In this document: one piece after another, positions 12,050 through 25,763 of the stretch
Numbering within the stretch: position 1 is the first letter of the stretch
Layout: each line of letters starts with the position of its first letter
From: Amoeboaphelidium protococcarum X5
Lineage: Eukaryota; Fungi; Aphelidiomycota
Assembly (NCBI GenBank): GCA_023515725.1
Contig: JALDTO010000154.1
Span: 186,001-250,000 of the forward strand
Length of the DNA stretch: 64,000 nt
Direction: 5' to 3'
Position numbers and translations under genes: made by a program
Notes under the pieces: model-generated
What the model was told of the DNA's origin: nothing
The model's input: the letters and a program-made list of their open reading frames with translations, nothing else
Database searches by the model: none

Positions 12050-15000
12050 AGATATATTGAACTGAAATCTCAGATATCTTTCACCTATGAACACTAACAA
12101 ACCAAACAGAATCCGAATTCACCGCGAGATTCACGAAGTGTAAATGGGCTAGGTTCCCATTCCACTCTGCAACAAACACCTCCAAAACAAAACAGTAATA
12201 AGAGAGGGCCCGGCGATGCCCGCAAGTCGCCAAATCATCGAAGTCATCGAAAACGCTCCCTCATTGGCGTTTCTGGAAGTTCAACTTTACGGAAAGTAGC
12301 CGTCTGGAACTGCAGAGGCGGTAAGTCGAAAGCAAAGGCAGATGCTATAGCAACTGTAGTATCTGATCACAAAATTGATATTCTACTTCTGTGCGAGTCT
12401 CACAACGCGTTTCCAGACGGACGATTTTAGGGCAACAACCACGTCTTCGGTAATCAAGGAGACGACAATGCAAGGGGAGTCGCTCTACTGATCAGCAATA
12501 GGCAGATAGTGGCGCAACATTGTATCCGACTAGCGCAAGACGACCTAAGACTCAACTCAGATAGAGTAATTACAATGAAAATTAAATTTAGGGAAGGAGA
12601 TGACATAATAATATGTGGAATTTACGCGCCCAACGAAGGCCCTGAAAGAGAACAATTGTTTCAAGCTGTGCGAGATTCTCTGATGGAAAATGATATTTAA
12701 CCGAATGTGATTTTAGGGGATTTCAATTGTGTAGAGAATCCAAGACTGGACAGAACTATCAATAGTCAAGCATCAGAACAAGGGTATGAAGAACTGGGAA
12801 TGTTAGTTAGCAACTTTGAATTACGCGATGCATATTCGACTACAGAGGATGAGTAGAAGCCTTTCTCGAGGCATGGGAAACTAAGCTCTAGTCGAATAGA
12901 CAGAATATACATCAATGATAGCCTGATCACGCAAGTTGAAACCATGCGGACAACTCCACTGGCGATCTCCGATCACTGCCTAGTTGAAGTGACACTTCGA
13001 TATACTTAACGGCATGACAGCAGACGCAGCTGGATCTTTAACCCAGATCTAATCCCGATCATCGAATAAAATCACTAAATCATGGAGGCAATAGACTGCA
13101 ACTCTTCGCAAGTCATGCAGTGGCAAGAGATGAAAGAACTACTTACCAAGCGTGCCCAAAAGGCTGGTAGAAGATAAGGGATGAGAAGGGGCTCTCGGGT
13201 CAACCTACTGATCAATCGTTTAGACAAGGCTATACACGGCTGGACCTAAAAGAAAGGCAAAAAATCCTTTGGGCCCAAATCTGATGAAGTAATTAATCAA
13301 ATAGAGGCCGAACTAAATACAGAGTGGAACCAGTTATCAAGGGATAAACAACGATAATTTAAATCTAGATTATAGAACCTTGGAGAGAGTTCGACGCGAT
13401 ATAATTTCCAAATGCTAAAGGAACCAAGGCTCAGGACTTAGATCCCCGCCCTAAAAGACGAAAATGGTTTAGAGCACTCCAATATGACTGTAATGAAAGA
13501 GATAGTCCATAAGTATTACTAGAAACTCTACAGCAACGAATAGACTAATCTCTCAGATCAAAACCGTGTCCTTTAGAGGCTGAAACAAAAGTATCGAGGT
13601 AAAGAGATAAAAGAATATGAAAATGACAACTTGATGGCTCCAATTTAGATGGCAGAGTTACAGGAGGTCATCAAATCCTGCAAACAAAATAAGGCGCCTG
13701 GCCCCGATGGATTTTAAACAGAGTTATATCAACGAAGTCAACAAGCGACTGAAGCGCTACTGAAACTGTGCAACGAAATCCTAGCCAGTAAAGTTAAGCC
13801 GGAGAATTTCTCTGACGGTAATATCACGCTGATATATAAAAAGGGAGATCCGAAACTAATCAAGAACTACCGTCCGATCACATTGCTGAACTCAGACTAC
13901 AAGATCTTCACTAAAGTCATTGCAAAGCGCATGACGCGTATACTGTAGAATCGGATAAACTCTGATCAACACGCGTTCCTACCGAAACGACTAATCCACG
14001 ACAATATCATGGAAGTACAACTCCTGATCCAACTTATGGAAAATTTGGATCTAGAAGGACTCATTGTATTTCTGGACTTCGAAAAAGCGTACGATAGAGT
14101 CGACCAGCAATTCCTGCGCCGGATCCTCGACGCTATGGGATTCTCACAGGAGTTCAACGAACTGTTACAATGCATATACGCCGACGCCAAGTCTAAGATC
14201 ACATTTAATGGAATACAGACCAAAAGCTTTGATTGTCAGAGGGGAGTCAGGCAGGGAGATCCTCTATCATGCATTCTCTTCCTATGTGTAATGGAAGCTC
14301 TCTCCGTATCCCTTGAAGAGAATCATGATATTGAACAAGTGCAAGTGAATGGAATAACAGCACCGAAATCCAAGATGTTTGCAGACGACACGGCACTGAT
14401 AGTTAAAAGTATCCGCAGTATGTAAGCTGCAATGGCATCTCTATCAGAATTTGAAAGAGCATCATAGATGAAACTGAACGAGGACAAAACGGAGATTCTT
14501 CCGCTTGGTCGCCTCAAACAGATTCAGATCGATGTCGAAAAGGGGCGCGTCCTGAAGGTCGGCGAATCGGCCAAACTCCTTGGATGCCCCGTCGGTAATA
14601 ATCTGGATAGCTAAGTAATTTGGCAGAAGAAATCTGAAGAACTAACACGGTGTCTATCGAGACTCAGAATCAAATGGCAAACAATTAAAGGGAAAACATT
14701 GGCGTTAAAAAGCATTATAGCCGCGAAGATCTGGTATTTGTCTAATCATTTGAGTATCAATATGAAACAGATTAATATGTGGCAAAAGATGCTAAGAGAC
14801 GCGTACTGGGAAGGAAATGGTAAAATCAGAGTTAAATTTGACACGGTTATATAAGAAGTCCAACTTGGGGGAGTTTCGGCAATTGATCTTAGATGCAGAG
14901 TACAAGCAATTTAAATGTCATGGATCAAGCGGTTCCTCAGTCGGTAGGACCTCCGCTGGACATAGTATCTAAGAGAGATCTTTAAGTAGGCACAGAAAGA

Positions 15001-16168
15001 TGATCCCTATCCAAATGTACACATGCATCTACCATTTGTTTAGAACATGTCCAAAGTGAAAGGCCCGCTGATCCCCGAATTCTGGCGAGGAGCATTAAAG
15101 ACTTGGAAGTCACTCAACGGACGCTTGGATATATCATCATCGAAGTCATTGGCACATCTTATACCGATTTATAAAGTCGAAGCTCTAAACAATAGGGGTG
15201 CAACCACACTCTGTAACGGTATTGGAAAAGAAATTGATTTTAGAACTTTCGGGGATGTGGCAGATCGCTAGTCGAAAAGACTCCGGTTGACAGATGGCGC
15301 GGCCCTACAGCTATCCCCCGAATAGCTCAGACGGATAAATAATCACCTGAGTCGCGTATAAGCGGCTTTGCCAAAAGAATTTACACCCCTGTGTTTCGCA
15401 GAAAATCGGGACGAAGAGAACCTGCTCTCAGCAATGTCAGTATCTACCCAGTTCAAGACTATTGAATTAGAATAGAAGTATTTTGGAAGTAAATTGTACA
15501 AGCAACTTGTAGTCGAGAAACATCCGGGTGCTTCAGTGGACGGCGTTCAAATTGATGCCACCAAGAAGCAGATTTTCAAAATGCTTTGGTCTTTACCATT
15601 AGATCATAGAATCAAGTAGAACTTTTGGAAGATAACGCACAACAGGATTGGAGTTAAAGGAATCTAAAGTCATTTACCGCAGGAGGATCAAGTGTGTCAG
15701 TGTTAAGAACATCCTGAAACAATACAACACCTCTTCTTCCATTGTCCAATCTCGATCGGCGTGTGGAGAGCCATTCAAAGCCTATACAACGCGATCTGCA
15801 GCTAATGGCTTTCTATTAGAGTCAATGCAGTGTCTTAAGCTTTGTAGATTAGAAACGGTAAGAGTCCTTGTTTAATCTGGATGAAACTCTTCGCTCTCGG
15901 CCTCTAGGCAATATGGACAACGCGAAACAATAGCAGCTTACACGGTAAGTAATTCAGTAATTAACAAAGTCTTCGAACTCTAGAAACTCTGATATCTGAT
16001 TAGTTCCATTCCGACTGCCTGTTCGCGGGAGGGAAGCGCAATAAGATGGATCAAATGAATATCATGACAACCCGATGGGGTTGCGAGAATAATATATGGC
16101 ACATTGAGTAACGGAATTTCAAATTGAAGTCTATATAACAGTACTTACGCCGATACGAAGCATAATGA
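12050..16168 (+). CDS. LINE ORF2: AP endonuclease + reverse transcriptase + C-terminal zinc finger; start codon unresolved
   Basis: VWNCRG, GIYAPN, GDFNC, SRIDRIY, SDH (APE); KAPGPDG, YRPITLLN, DFEKAYDRV, QGDPLS, FADD (RT); CQC...ETIQHLFFHC. All motifs lie in one frame ending at TGA 16166. Confidence 0.93.
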
Positions 16169-16454
16169 GGAGCTTCGTGGCAACAGTCATTAGACTATCC
16201 GGCTAAGGATGGTCAAAAAAAGAGCGGCTGGGTTCAACTCCCTCTCGGTGTCTGCTGCCAAGCTCTCGTCGCGTCTCTCCCGAGAACGACGAAGTATCGC
16301 CGGGCGATAATTTGGCAGAGCAGCTCTCTAAACAAAAATAAGACTACCCCCCTATTAACGCTCATTTATTACGCGTTTCGAGCTTTAATATATATTTGTC
16401 ATTTTTCTAATCGCTTTTACAAGGCAACATCATCACAGTGATCATCTTGAAGAC

Positions 16455-17694
16455 ATGTTGGCGTCCCCCAGAGTCGTTATATTTGGCGGCAATGGCTACA
16501 TTGGTAGGCTTAAATTCACCTACTACAGACGCATTCAACTTACCTGCTGTAGGTAAACATTTGATTCGATAATTGTTGAACTCTAGTAGTAACAAGTACA
16601 AGATTGCCATTGCATCACGTTCAGAAATTAAGAGAGCTGATAATGGAGGAAATTCCTCCTCCATTGAGCACATTAAATGCGATATTACGTAATATGACCA
16701 AGTCTAAGATGCATTAAAAGAATGCGATGTCGCTGTCAATTTGGTCGGTATCATGGAATAGACTGGCGACAATAATACTTTCAGTGCTGTTTAGCGAGAT
16801 GGACCATTGAATGTTGCGAAAGCACTTGCCGAGCGTAATGCATAGAGAGTTGGCAAGTTTGTGCATGTAAGTGCTATTGGCGCAGATTTGAATGGTCCCA
16901 CACCGTATACTGTGACAAAAGCTCTGGGTGAATAGGCTATTATTGACGCTTGTCGTGGAAGTTAGAATTTGTGTTCGATCATTGTGCGACCGGGATTGGT
17001 TATTGGACCAAATGATAGCTTCCTGAACAGATTCGCCAAATTGACTGCCCTATTTCCTGTATTTCCGATCTTTGGCAGCGGGAAATCTCTATACTGTAAT
17101 AATTGGGCCTTTAAAAATATTTTTAATTATACTATGATGTTGTAATCGAAATTTAGAGCGTGTAGAGCCAATATACGTGGAAGATTTGTGTAAAGTTATC
17201 AAGAATTCAATTGAGCACCAAACAGCTTCCGGCGATTATGCCCTGGTTGAAGTTGGTGGCTCACAAGGTATCTACTATTCGCGTTATGAAATACGATATT
17301 TATTACTCTCATTCATAACATGGCTGTAGTGTACACTTTTAAAGATTTAATTAGTAGAACAACTCGTTGGTGGGGAATGAAATCTGGGTCCTTTATGAGA
17401 TCTCTGATGCCTCCATTCTTCGTTCATGTGCCTGTCGCTGTAGCACTGATCCAAGCACGTATCTTTGAGCTTATCACTCCGTACAACAGTTCACTTCGCA
17501 TCACTACAGATCAAGTTAAAATGCTGTAGTTGGACAATAAAGTTCATGGAAGCACATTGAGTGAAGCCGTTAAAGTTGCAGTGATTGAGCATTCTGTGGG
17601 CGTCAATCCCTTGACTTTTGAAGAATCTATATCGAAAGATGTTGCATTTAAATCTGTAGACGATCTATACTCTGCTGGTAAATGGAAAGTTTGA
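16455..17694 (+). CDS. Complex I NDUFA9 (39-kDa)-family SDR protein; introns 16504-16552, 17096-17165, 17268-17329
   Basis: VVIFGGNGYIG, VAVNLVGI, FVHVSAIGAD, YTVTKALGE, IVRPG, Y(Q)PIYVED. Confidence 0.8.
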
Positions 17695-17838
17695 TTTTAA
17701 GACTTTATCTATTTCATTCATTGGTCCAGTTTACTCTTTATTGCTCTTGACTTAAATTGTATGGGGAGTTCCATGTTCAGATTTTGAATTGTCTTGGTGT
17801 TCATTTTACTCATCTATCACCAGAACAACATCAAAGGC

Positions 17839-20800
17839 TCAAGGATGCAAAATCTTTTTCATACCATTGCAAACTTATTCGGTATTCGGCCTGGAATTAG
17901 GGTCTTAGCTCCAACAAGATTAAATCAAGTTTAAATATTCCACTATCGCTTGACTCTCAGGCTAAATAGGAGTCGGCGGACGTAACCCAGAGAGAACATT
18001 TTCAATAACAGCATCAGCAGGTAGTCCGTACCATGGCTCTTACCTGGTTATAAGCTCATTAAACAAAATGCCGGCCGCATATATATCTTGCGCGTAAATC
18101 AAGTGAGGATTATTGCGAAAAAACTCTCTGTAATCTTAAAGCAGCTCAGGTGCACTGTACCTCAAGGTACGCCCAGTCACGGAATTCCATTGCATACCTT
18201 GCACAATCTAAGTTTAATCGACCACCTTGCAAACACCAAAATCAGTGAGGCATACGCGCATTACATCGCTATTAGATCCCAGAGACGAGTTTTAATTTTC
18301 AACATAAACTAGAAAATTGGCAGGCTTAATATCACAATGAGCGACGCCATTGACGTGAACTAGATTGATAGCGGAGGCAACGTCCAAAGCAAATGAGAAG
18401 ACTTAATCTACTGTTAAAATCTTCGATTAATCATGTATCCAGCCCTACAGGGATCCCATTTCATAGTACTTCATGATAATAACTTTAGCTTCATTGTCAT
18501 AGCCGAATATTTTAGCTATAAACTCGCTGTGATTAAACTTCCACAATAGAGCCATCTCTTACAAAAAAGTCTCTTGGAGTACATCAGTTCCGAATCGCTT
18601 TGCAACACCGCGTCTAATAGCGGAGAAGGAGAGTGGATGTCCAGATGGGAACTGCAAAACGTCAACTACACTAATAGCTCCCTGACCTCCAGCCTGCAGA
18701 ACTTTGTTATCAACAGGCCTAAAGTTGGCTCCCTCGCGCATTTGTATATATGCCGGGACGGATATCGCCTGAAACGTATTCACAACAGTGGTGGCATTCA
18801 TTGTGTTAATAGAAGATTGATTGACATTATAAGAAGAAGTCATATCTGTAGTCTACGACACCCTCATTGCAAACATCAGCTTTTTTTACTTTTAACGCCT
18901 TCTTCGTACAATGCAGAACGCCACTATAACGGCAATAACGATCAGCGACGCCAAGACGCCAACGATAATAGGAAGAAGATCCTGCATAATATCTCTTGCA
19001 AATCTTGCATCTTAAGCAGGGTCAATTATTGATGAAGATGAAATCTATAAGCTGATCCCACCTTGGCTTCTCAAATTCTAAGAGAATACGATCGACCCTT
19101 ACTGCGTTTAGGCTCTAGTAGTAGACGGAGCTACAGACGCCAATTATGATGAACATACTCCACCTGAAGAGCATGCAGTATTCAAAGGCAGTACAGTTAC
19201 ATTAGAAGCTAAACTTGACGCAGATAGCACTTCCGATTATGAAGACCCGAACGATGCAGTGTTAGGAAATGACGAAGACTGCAATGTTTAAGCTCCCAGA
19301 ATGCCATCTTGTGTAGTGAAGGCAGATGATTAGATTTCAGTTATTCCAGAGCTTGTCAGCCAAGTGCCAGTAGTAGTCTCCATACCAACAGAGCCAAATG
19401 GCATCGTGGTAATAGTTGGAGTGGTGGTAGTCGTCGTGGCAATGATAGTCGTCAGAGTGGAGGTTGAAATAGTAGTCGTCGTCGTGGCAATGATAGTCGT
19501 CAGAGTGGAGGTTGAAATAGTAGTCGTCGTCGTAGTTGTTGTTATAGTAGTCGACAGTAAAATTGAAGCAGGGCAAAAGCCCTATCGTGTCCCAGTATTC
19601 ACTTTAGCCACCAACGCCTATAAAGGTCCAAACCGAGTCACATTGTGACATACACTGCCATCAGTATCTGCCAAAACCAAATTCTAAGACGTAAATCTAC
19701 CCGTAACAAACATGTCATTCTTGCTATTGAATTTAACAGATGTCAGCCTGTCATCTCCGGCACCTTAAACTCGCTGCTAATTCACGTATGTACCATTAGA
19801 ATAAAAGTTGAGTATCACAGAGTCATAACCTCCGGATGATTGAACAGTGGTGAGTATCTATCCAGCAATACCATAAACAGGCACATTAGTGCCATTAGTC
19901 CAAGCAGTCACTGCAAGCATATCATTATCTTAACTGACGTCGTGAAATGAAAATCTTGTGAACCCAGTTGCTTCAGTCTATCCATACATTTAGACAGTCC
20001 ATTAATGAACTCCAGCAGAATTGAACTTGGAAGCAAACGAGGCATCTCCCATTCCATACTGTAACACTTTCGCGACATTGCCATCCGCTTGCCGAATGAC
20101 ACTTTGCGCAGTGATGAATCCAGTTAACCATATATTATCGTCGTCATCAAAAGATACCACTAAATCATCGCAAACACCGCCAGCGTTAGCTTCCACAGTG
20201 ATAGACCACACGTAAGATCCCGAATTAGAGTATACAATAACAAAACACGCTTGATTGATAGGTGGAATAAACGAGTTCACTTAAGCACCAGCCGCATCAT
20301 AGACTGTCATATTGGATGAAGCTGACATCCGACCAGAAATGGCAACGCGACTAGAGCTTTCACTCCATGCAACAGAAAACGGACTAGATACGCCCATCTG
20401 TTATGCAAACCACAGTAAAGAGCCATTAGAGTCAAACTTTGCTACAAAAGAGCTCAATGTTTCTGTAAAGTTCATTAGATTTTACGTGACATTAAATGCG
20501 TCAACTATAGTGGAACCGTTGGACTCTGTAGATCCGGCAACCCAAATCTGGCCGTTGGGTGACATATCCACGCTCCAAAAGTTTTCATACAGTAGACCAT
20601 TTAATCTGGCAAACCACGCTATACTTCCAAAGCTATCAAGAAGCAACAGGAATCCATCGGCCTTTAGAGCTTATCCCGAATTGGTTAACTCTAATATCAA
20701 ATCATTTTTCATGTTATAGGCCCTACAAGGACGTGACATTGTCAATCCAACCACGGCAAAGTGGCCTTATCCATCAGTGGCTGCTTAGTTCATATCATCA

Positions 20801-21099
20801 TAAGACCCGCCGGCAAATCTTATGTACCAGTTGAGAGTGCCGTTTTGATAAAAATTCGCGGCATAACCATCAAAAGTGGCATCTTTGGTGTAAGAGTATG
20901 CGGGGATCACGCCACTGTTAGCGTCAAATATTGACATGTTTACAGATCTGGCCACGCCAACAGCAAGTACAGTGCCACTTTAGTCATCCACCGTCAATTA
21001 CTTTGCATTTTCTTAATCGTCGCCGCCAATTTGTGCCACCCATTCAACGTAGTTACCCAACACTAAACGCGAGAGAGCAAAATACCAGAACAATTGCAT
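17839..21099 (-). CDS. Receptor-like protein kinase, 1086 aa: signal peptide, beta-propeller-type repeats, Thr/Ser stalk, TM, kinase
   Basis: Single frame from ATG 21099 to TGA 17839. Repeats of W..x.GG...D..x.VD..G..x.G type; TM near 18900-18980; AGGQG, HCDIKPAN, DFG, YSAPE, DIYAAG. Confidence 0.88.
19427..19531. repeat. 48-bp tandem duplication encoding the Thr-rich stalk (TTTTISTSTLTTIIA)
   Basis: gtcgtcgtggcaatgatagtcgtcagagtggaggttgaaatagta occurs twice in tandem. Confidence 0.9.
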
Positions 21100-21509
21100 T
21101 AATATCTGAGTTCAATTGCCTTTTTAAATTAAACTGATGATAATTCAATCTGTTGTGAGAAATAGAATAGCAAATTGAAGCAAGCAGTCAATACTTATTT
21201 GAACGATGATATCCTTCTTAATGCTGATAAGAGTCTTCATGCTCTAAAAAGTCCTGGGGCGACGTGCTATTTATAGAGTGCATGTAGCGATAGCTGCGAT
21301 ATGACATAGAGTTACAAATCTATAGATAGCATAAACGAAGATGATACACGGTCGAATTTGGCGCGTCTTTTTGTAGAAAAAAAGTTAAAAGTTTATAAAG
21401 AGGACTAGAGTAGTCGTTACACCGATTAGTTAATGGTAATCAGTATCTCGTCGCATTAGTTTCGAGTGTTTCACAGTTCTCAACAGCAGCGAAAAATCAC
21501 CGAAACAAA

Positions 21510-23393
21510 ATGCATCGACCTGACGGAAATGGCTATTATTATGATCACGATGATGATGATTCTGATGATGCTGGAGAGGAGACAAGGATGGTGCCATACT
21601 CCCAAGAGTGGAGGGTAATTCTTAGGAGGTAGAGTTCCTAGTAAGCGGTGCTAATTAATTAAGAGAGCCATGAGATTTCCGTTGTCCGCTAGTCACCGGC
21701 CGCTGACCATCATCTGCTACCAGCTGTCGATAGTCATTCGCAATTCTGCTCCCTATGTGGACAAAGCTTGTCTTAAAGTAGTGGAAATCACTAGATGTAA
21801 GATTATGTGGATAGGAACTATTTTCAGCTTCTATCCGCTGCGTATTAGTAATAATCTAACATTCCACCATTGCACTTGTTCCCAGATAACAGGCGCAGTT
21901 TCCATTAGAATGCGGATGGCTAAAACCAACATGTTCCATACTCTGCACTTAATCAAGGTTATTACAGTCGATTCTTCAAGGAGATTGAGCGACTTGGTCG
22001 AGGCTCTGGCGGATCAGTATATTTGTGTCAGCATATTTTGGACAATGTGCTTCTTGGCGATTACGTCGTGAAGAAGATTGCTGTGGGTGATAACCACAAA
22101 TGGCTTGAGAGAATGTTGCGAGAGGTCCTTATATTGGAAAGAGCAAAACACCCCAATGTGATTGAGTATAAGCACTGCTGGCTGGAAGAGCATAAAATGT
22201 CTTCGTTTGGACCATCTGTTCCGTGCTTGTTTGTCTTGATGGAGCTGGCAAATGGCGGAAACTTGGAGAGTTACGTATTATCCCAAATTGGGGAAGGTGG
22301 TGATTTGAATCATGGTTCTCAAAGGCCTAGGCGATCTTCTTAAAAGCCGCTGACATACTTGCGATATGAGCACATTTGGTCCTTCTTTCTAGACATTTGT
22401 TCAGGGCTTGCTCATTTGCATAGCTAAGGCGTTCTCCATAGAGATTTAAAGCCGCAGAATTTATTGCTAAAGTTCAATAACACTCAAAGTACGGGTTAGT
22501 TGCCGCGTGTTCTGATATCAGATTTTGGAGAGTGTGAGAGTTTGTTTTAATCCCACGGTCCAGCGTCGTATTAGCAGCCGGACCACATTTAACGTACAGG
22601 GTAGACTGGTACAATTGAATTTTGTGCGCCTGAGCTACTTAAAACGGACGATCAAGGTCGCTTCTATGTTGAATATTCTCCGGCGTGTGATATATGGTCT
22701 CTTGGAATGGTGTTGTGTTTCATGGTCTATGGACGGCTCCCGTATAACAACATTGACGATTTCGATTAGCTAAAGCGGGAGATGTTGAATGTCAGAGGCA
22801 CTGGCAAGGTATTAAAATTGCCACAAAATCGCTCTGATGTTCCTCTTGAACTTATTGAGTTGATACGAAAGTTGCTATCTATTAATCCAGGTGGGCGACC
22901 TACTGCATTTGATTTAGTCATCGGGTATTCGCAGTTCAGGAGCTATGTATATAAGACTGGAAATCGGAGGCGGCTTGAGAGTGGAACAGAGAATGATGCA
23001 TCATTTAAACAAGAATCTATCTCATAATCGGAGATTGTAGTTCCTCAACTGAAAAAGGCGCCAGTGTAACGCGCTGTAAAGTCGCGGTCAGTATCGCGCC
23101 GAGGCTTTGTGCGTGCTTTATCGAGTCTCTCTCTGATCTCCCTGCTTGCTTATACCTTATAGATTTGCCATCTAGACTCTCCTTGGAGCTGGATTTTGGT
23201 TCTGGTATTATTTGTCTAATCACTAGTTAATTCTCCGAAATTGGTGATATTATTGAATATCATAATTATCTGCACGCTGTAAACTCTTACATATGCGGGA
23301 GTTTGCAAGAAGAACGAGCATTCAATCTATTTTGTCGCATTTATTGGTGCTTTATCGTCTGCTATCTACTGCGTGCATTATAAACTTTTTTGA
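21510..23393 (+). CDS. IKS1: Iks1-family Ser/Thr kinase with hydrophobic C-terminus, 627 aa
   Basis: CPYCGQ, RNYFQLL, NQGYYSRFF, LGRG, KKIAVGDNHKWLERMLREV, HRDLKPQN, ISDFGE, TGTIEFCAPE. Confidence 0.85.
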
Positions 23394-23806
23394 TTTATTC
23401 TCTATCATCCTCAACCCTTCTAATATTGAAATACTCATTGCATTGTGCTCGATTGCGATAGGACATTGGTAATAATAATAATCAAAATAATAATATACTA
23501 TTTTATGCACCCGTCAACATTTTGTTTCACCTTTTGTCAGTATCGCGTTTGTCGCACGCGCGTCCATTGTTTCGTTTGTTTCAGCTTTTCTGCATTGTTT
23601 GACCGCCGGGGAGTAAGTTCTCTGTAGCTCAAACAACACCATCCTCTCACAGTTCAAATAAGTGAGTATCTCCTACTACCTTTGGCTCATTCTATCGCTA
23701 TAAGTTTCCTTTATTGAATCTGACTCACTTAAGCTCTTAAGAAGCGGATTAATAGCGTCATAAATTTATAGAAATTGAAAAGAAACAAAAGCGAACATTC
23801 TGACGT

Positions 23807-25479
23807 ATGATGATGATGCCTTCTGATGGAATATCTCATTGTGCTACTAACAGCTCTCTCGCTGCCACTGAGGAGATCACCACGATATTTGTGATTGGAT
23901 TTCCAGAGGATTTGTAGGAGCGAGAGTTTTAGAATCTATTCACCTTTGCGCCCGGATATGAAGCTGCCACTCTGAAGTATCCGTAGCCTTAGAGCGACGA
24001 CTGTGGTAGCAGGAAACAGATTATAGGATTCGCCAAGTTTGCCACAAGGGAAGAGGCTCTGAATGCTCGAAATATTTTGAATGGTAAGAAGATTGACAGC
24101 GAGCGTGGACATGTCCTGAAATCCGAGATGGCGAAGAAGAATCTGCATACCAAGCGTGCTCAGAACTACCATGAATTGTCTGGCTATCCATCTAGCTACC
24201 CTGGGAAGCCTGGATATTTTTAAACTGGACACCTGGGATATCATAGCCATCACCATAATCATCACCAATTCGGTGGAAGTCATCATTAGTCTACTGCCCA
24301 TCATACTCACCATTAGCCGCATCTTTTAAATCACAATCACAACCACGTTTAGTAAAATTCTATGGATTGTCCCAATAATGCAGCAGATGGTCATTATTAA
24401 GATGGTGGTCGATATGATGCTAATGCATTCTTCAATTAGGATCATGGTTTACTTTTAAGAAATTTTGATGAACTAGACTACAATACTCCATTGGATTTTG
24501 GCCTGGATTTTCTCTATCTTAATGATGGTGAAGATCTCAGCATAAGAGATAAGGTTGAAAAGTAGTAAGATTAGCATATGATACCAACGTCCACTGCGCA
24601 GCCAATGGAGATCCCAAATGCTGCTAGTAGCACTCAGAATGATATCGTTTCTCCTTTGAGCAATGATTTCATGCTGGATAGCAGTCAGAATCAGAGGATT
24701 AGAAAGTTTAATTGCTTTAGTGGAATAGATCCCCTGTCTAGAAGCTGCATATCAGATGTGATCCATGATGAAGTGCTGTCACCATCCTCTATTCAGTACT
24801 AATTACATCCTCTGTTCACTGCTGGTCCATTGTCGCCGTCATACGGCTTGCAAAGTAGCACTACCGCTGGCGCGCCTTTGAGCGGTCAGTCTTCGACATC
24901 TAGTGGAGATTCCGGCAGTTGTACTCCTCCTAGTAATTTTGGCATCGACTCTGCAAGTCAAAGTTGTGCCCAGAGTTCTAACTGGTCATAGCTTCTTGGT
25001 GCTTCGTTTCCACCAGTGTTGTCGCCCACTATCATATGCAAAGGATTATCCTAATACTAATCTTTTGGTTAGACAGTAACTTCTCATAGTGATGACCAAG
25101 TCTATGGGGATGTAAACTCTTACTAATCTCAACCTCTAATGAATGGCCCAGAGACTGTAGTCGGCAAATAATCAAAGATACTATGTGTCAGGAATATTCC
25201 ACACGGTATTGAATTGAAGGATTTGGTTGATTTGTTTTCAACCTTTGATGGATTCAAAGATTTACAATGCCGAAGTAAAAGTGGCAACATAATGCGATGC
25301 ATGGTTGAATTTGAGACTGTTGAATGCGCAGCTTCTGCCATGCATTCTCTGCAATCTGGCTCTAATTAAAATTCCTTATAAGGTAATATCAATATATACT
25401 GGTGAAAATTCTAATTATCAAATATCGTAATGTAGGAAGTTTGAAAATCGAGTTTCAAGGATTTTCTCAGAAACCTTGA
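23807..25479 (+). CDS. Two-RRM RNA-binding protein, Whi3/Scw1/RBPMS-like; intron 25383-25435
   Basis: EEITTIFVIGFPEDL(Q)EREF(Q)NLFTF, KQIIGFAKF, LKSEMAKKNLHTKR; His-rich and Ser-rich linker; degenerate second RRM. Confidence 0.85.
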
Positions 25480-25763
25480 GTGTTATATCCCTTACAATTT
25501 TGGTAATGATTTAATGATGATGATGATAATGGTGATTAAGCAATGCATTTAGTGATTTACAAAAAAGAAAAGAAAATGACAATTCATTATTATCTTTCAC
25601 TTTTACTCTCAAAAGACCACGACTTGGCGCGTGTTGTAACGATTTTATCGACTGTTTCAGCTCAGACGCGTTAAAGCTTGCGCAAATTCGCCTTCTCTGT
25701 CACTCATTCAAACTCACTCTGCTACATTGAGCTTATATAACGGTGTATGATTTTAGCTTAATC

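Larger units (their letters stand above)
10856..16221 (+). mobile_element. Non-LTR retrotransposon, L1/Tx1-like, apparently intact; 5' boundary uncertain
   Basis: ORF1 with CCHC knuckle and ORF2 with APE-RT-zf, then a short 3' UTR and an A7 tract at 16215-16221. No target-site duplication identified. Confidence 0.92.

Noticed and set aside
16222-16252. tRNA gene suggested by GGTTCAACTCC
   Set aside because: No 5-bp T-stem, D-arm or cloverleaf; kept only as an unexplained structured element.
21135-21500. Open frame between the receptor kinase and Iks1
   Set aside because: No convincing start or homology; likely divergent promoter region.
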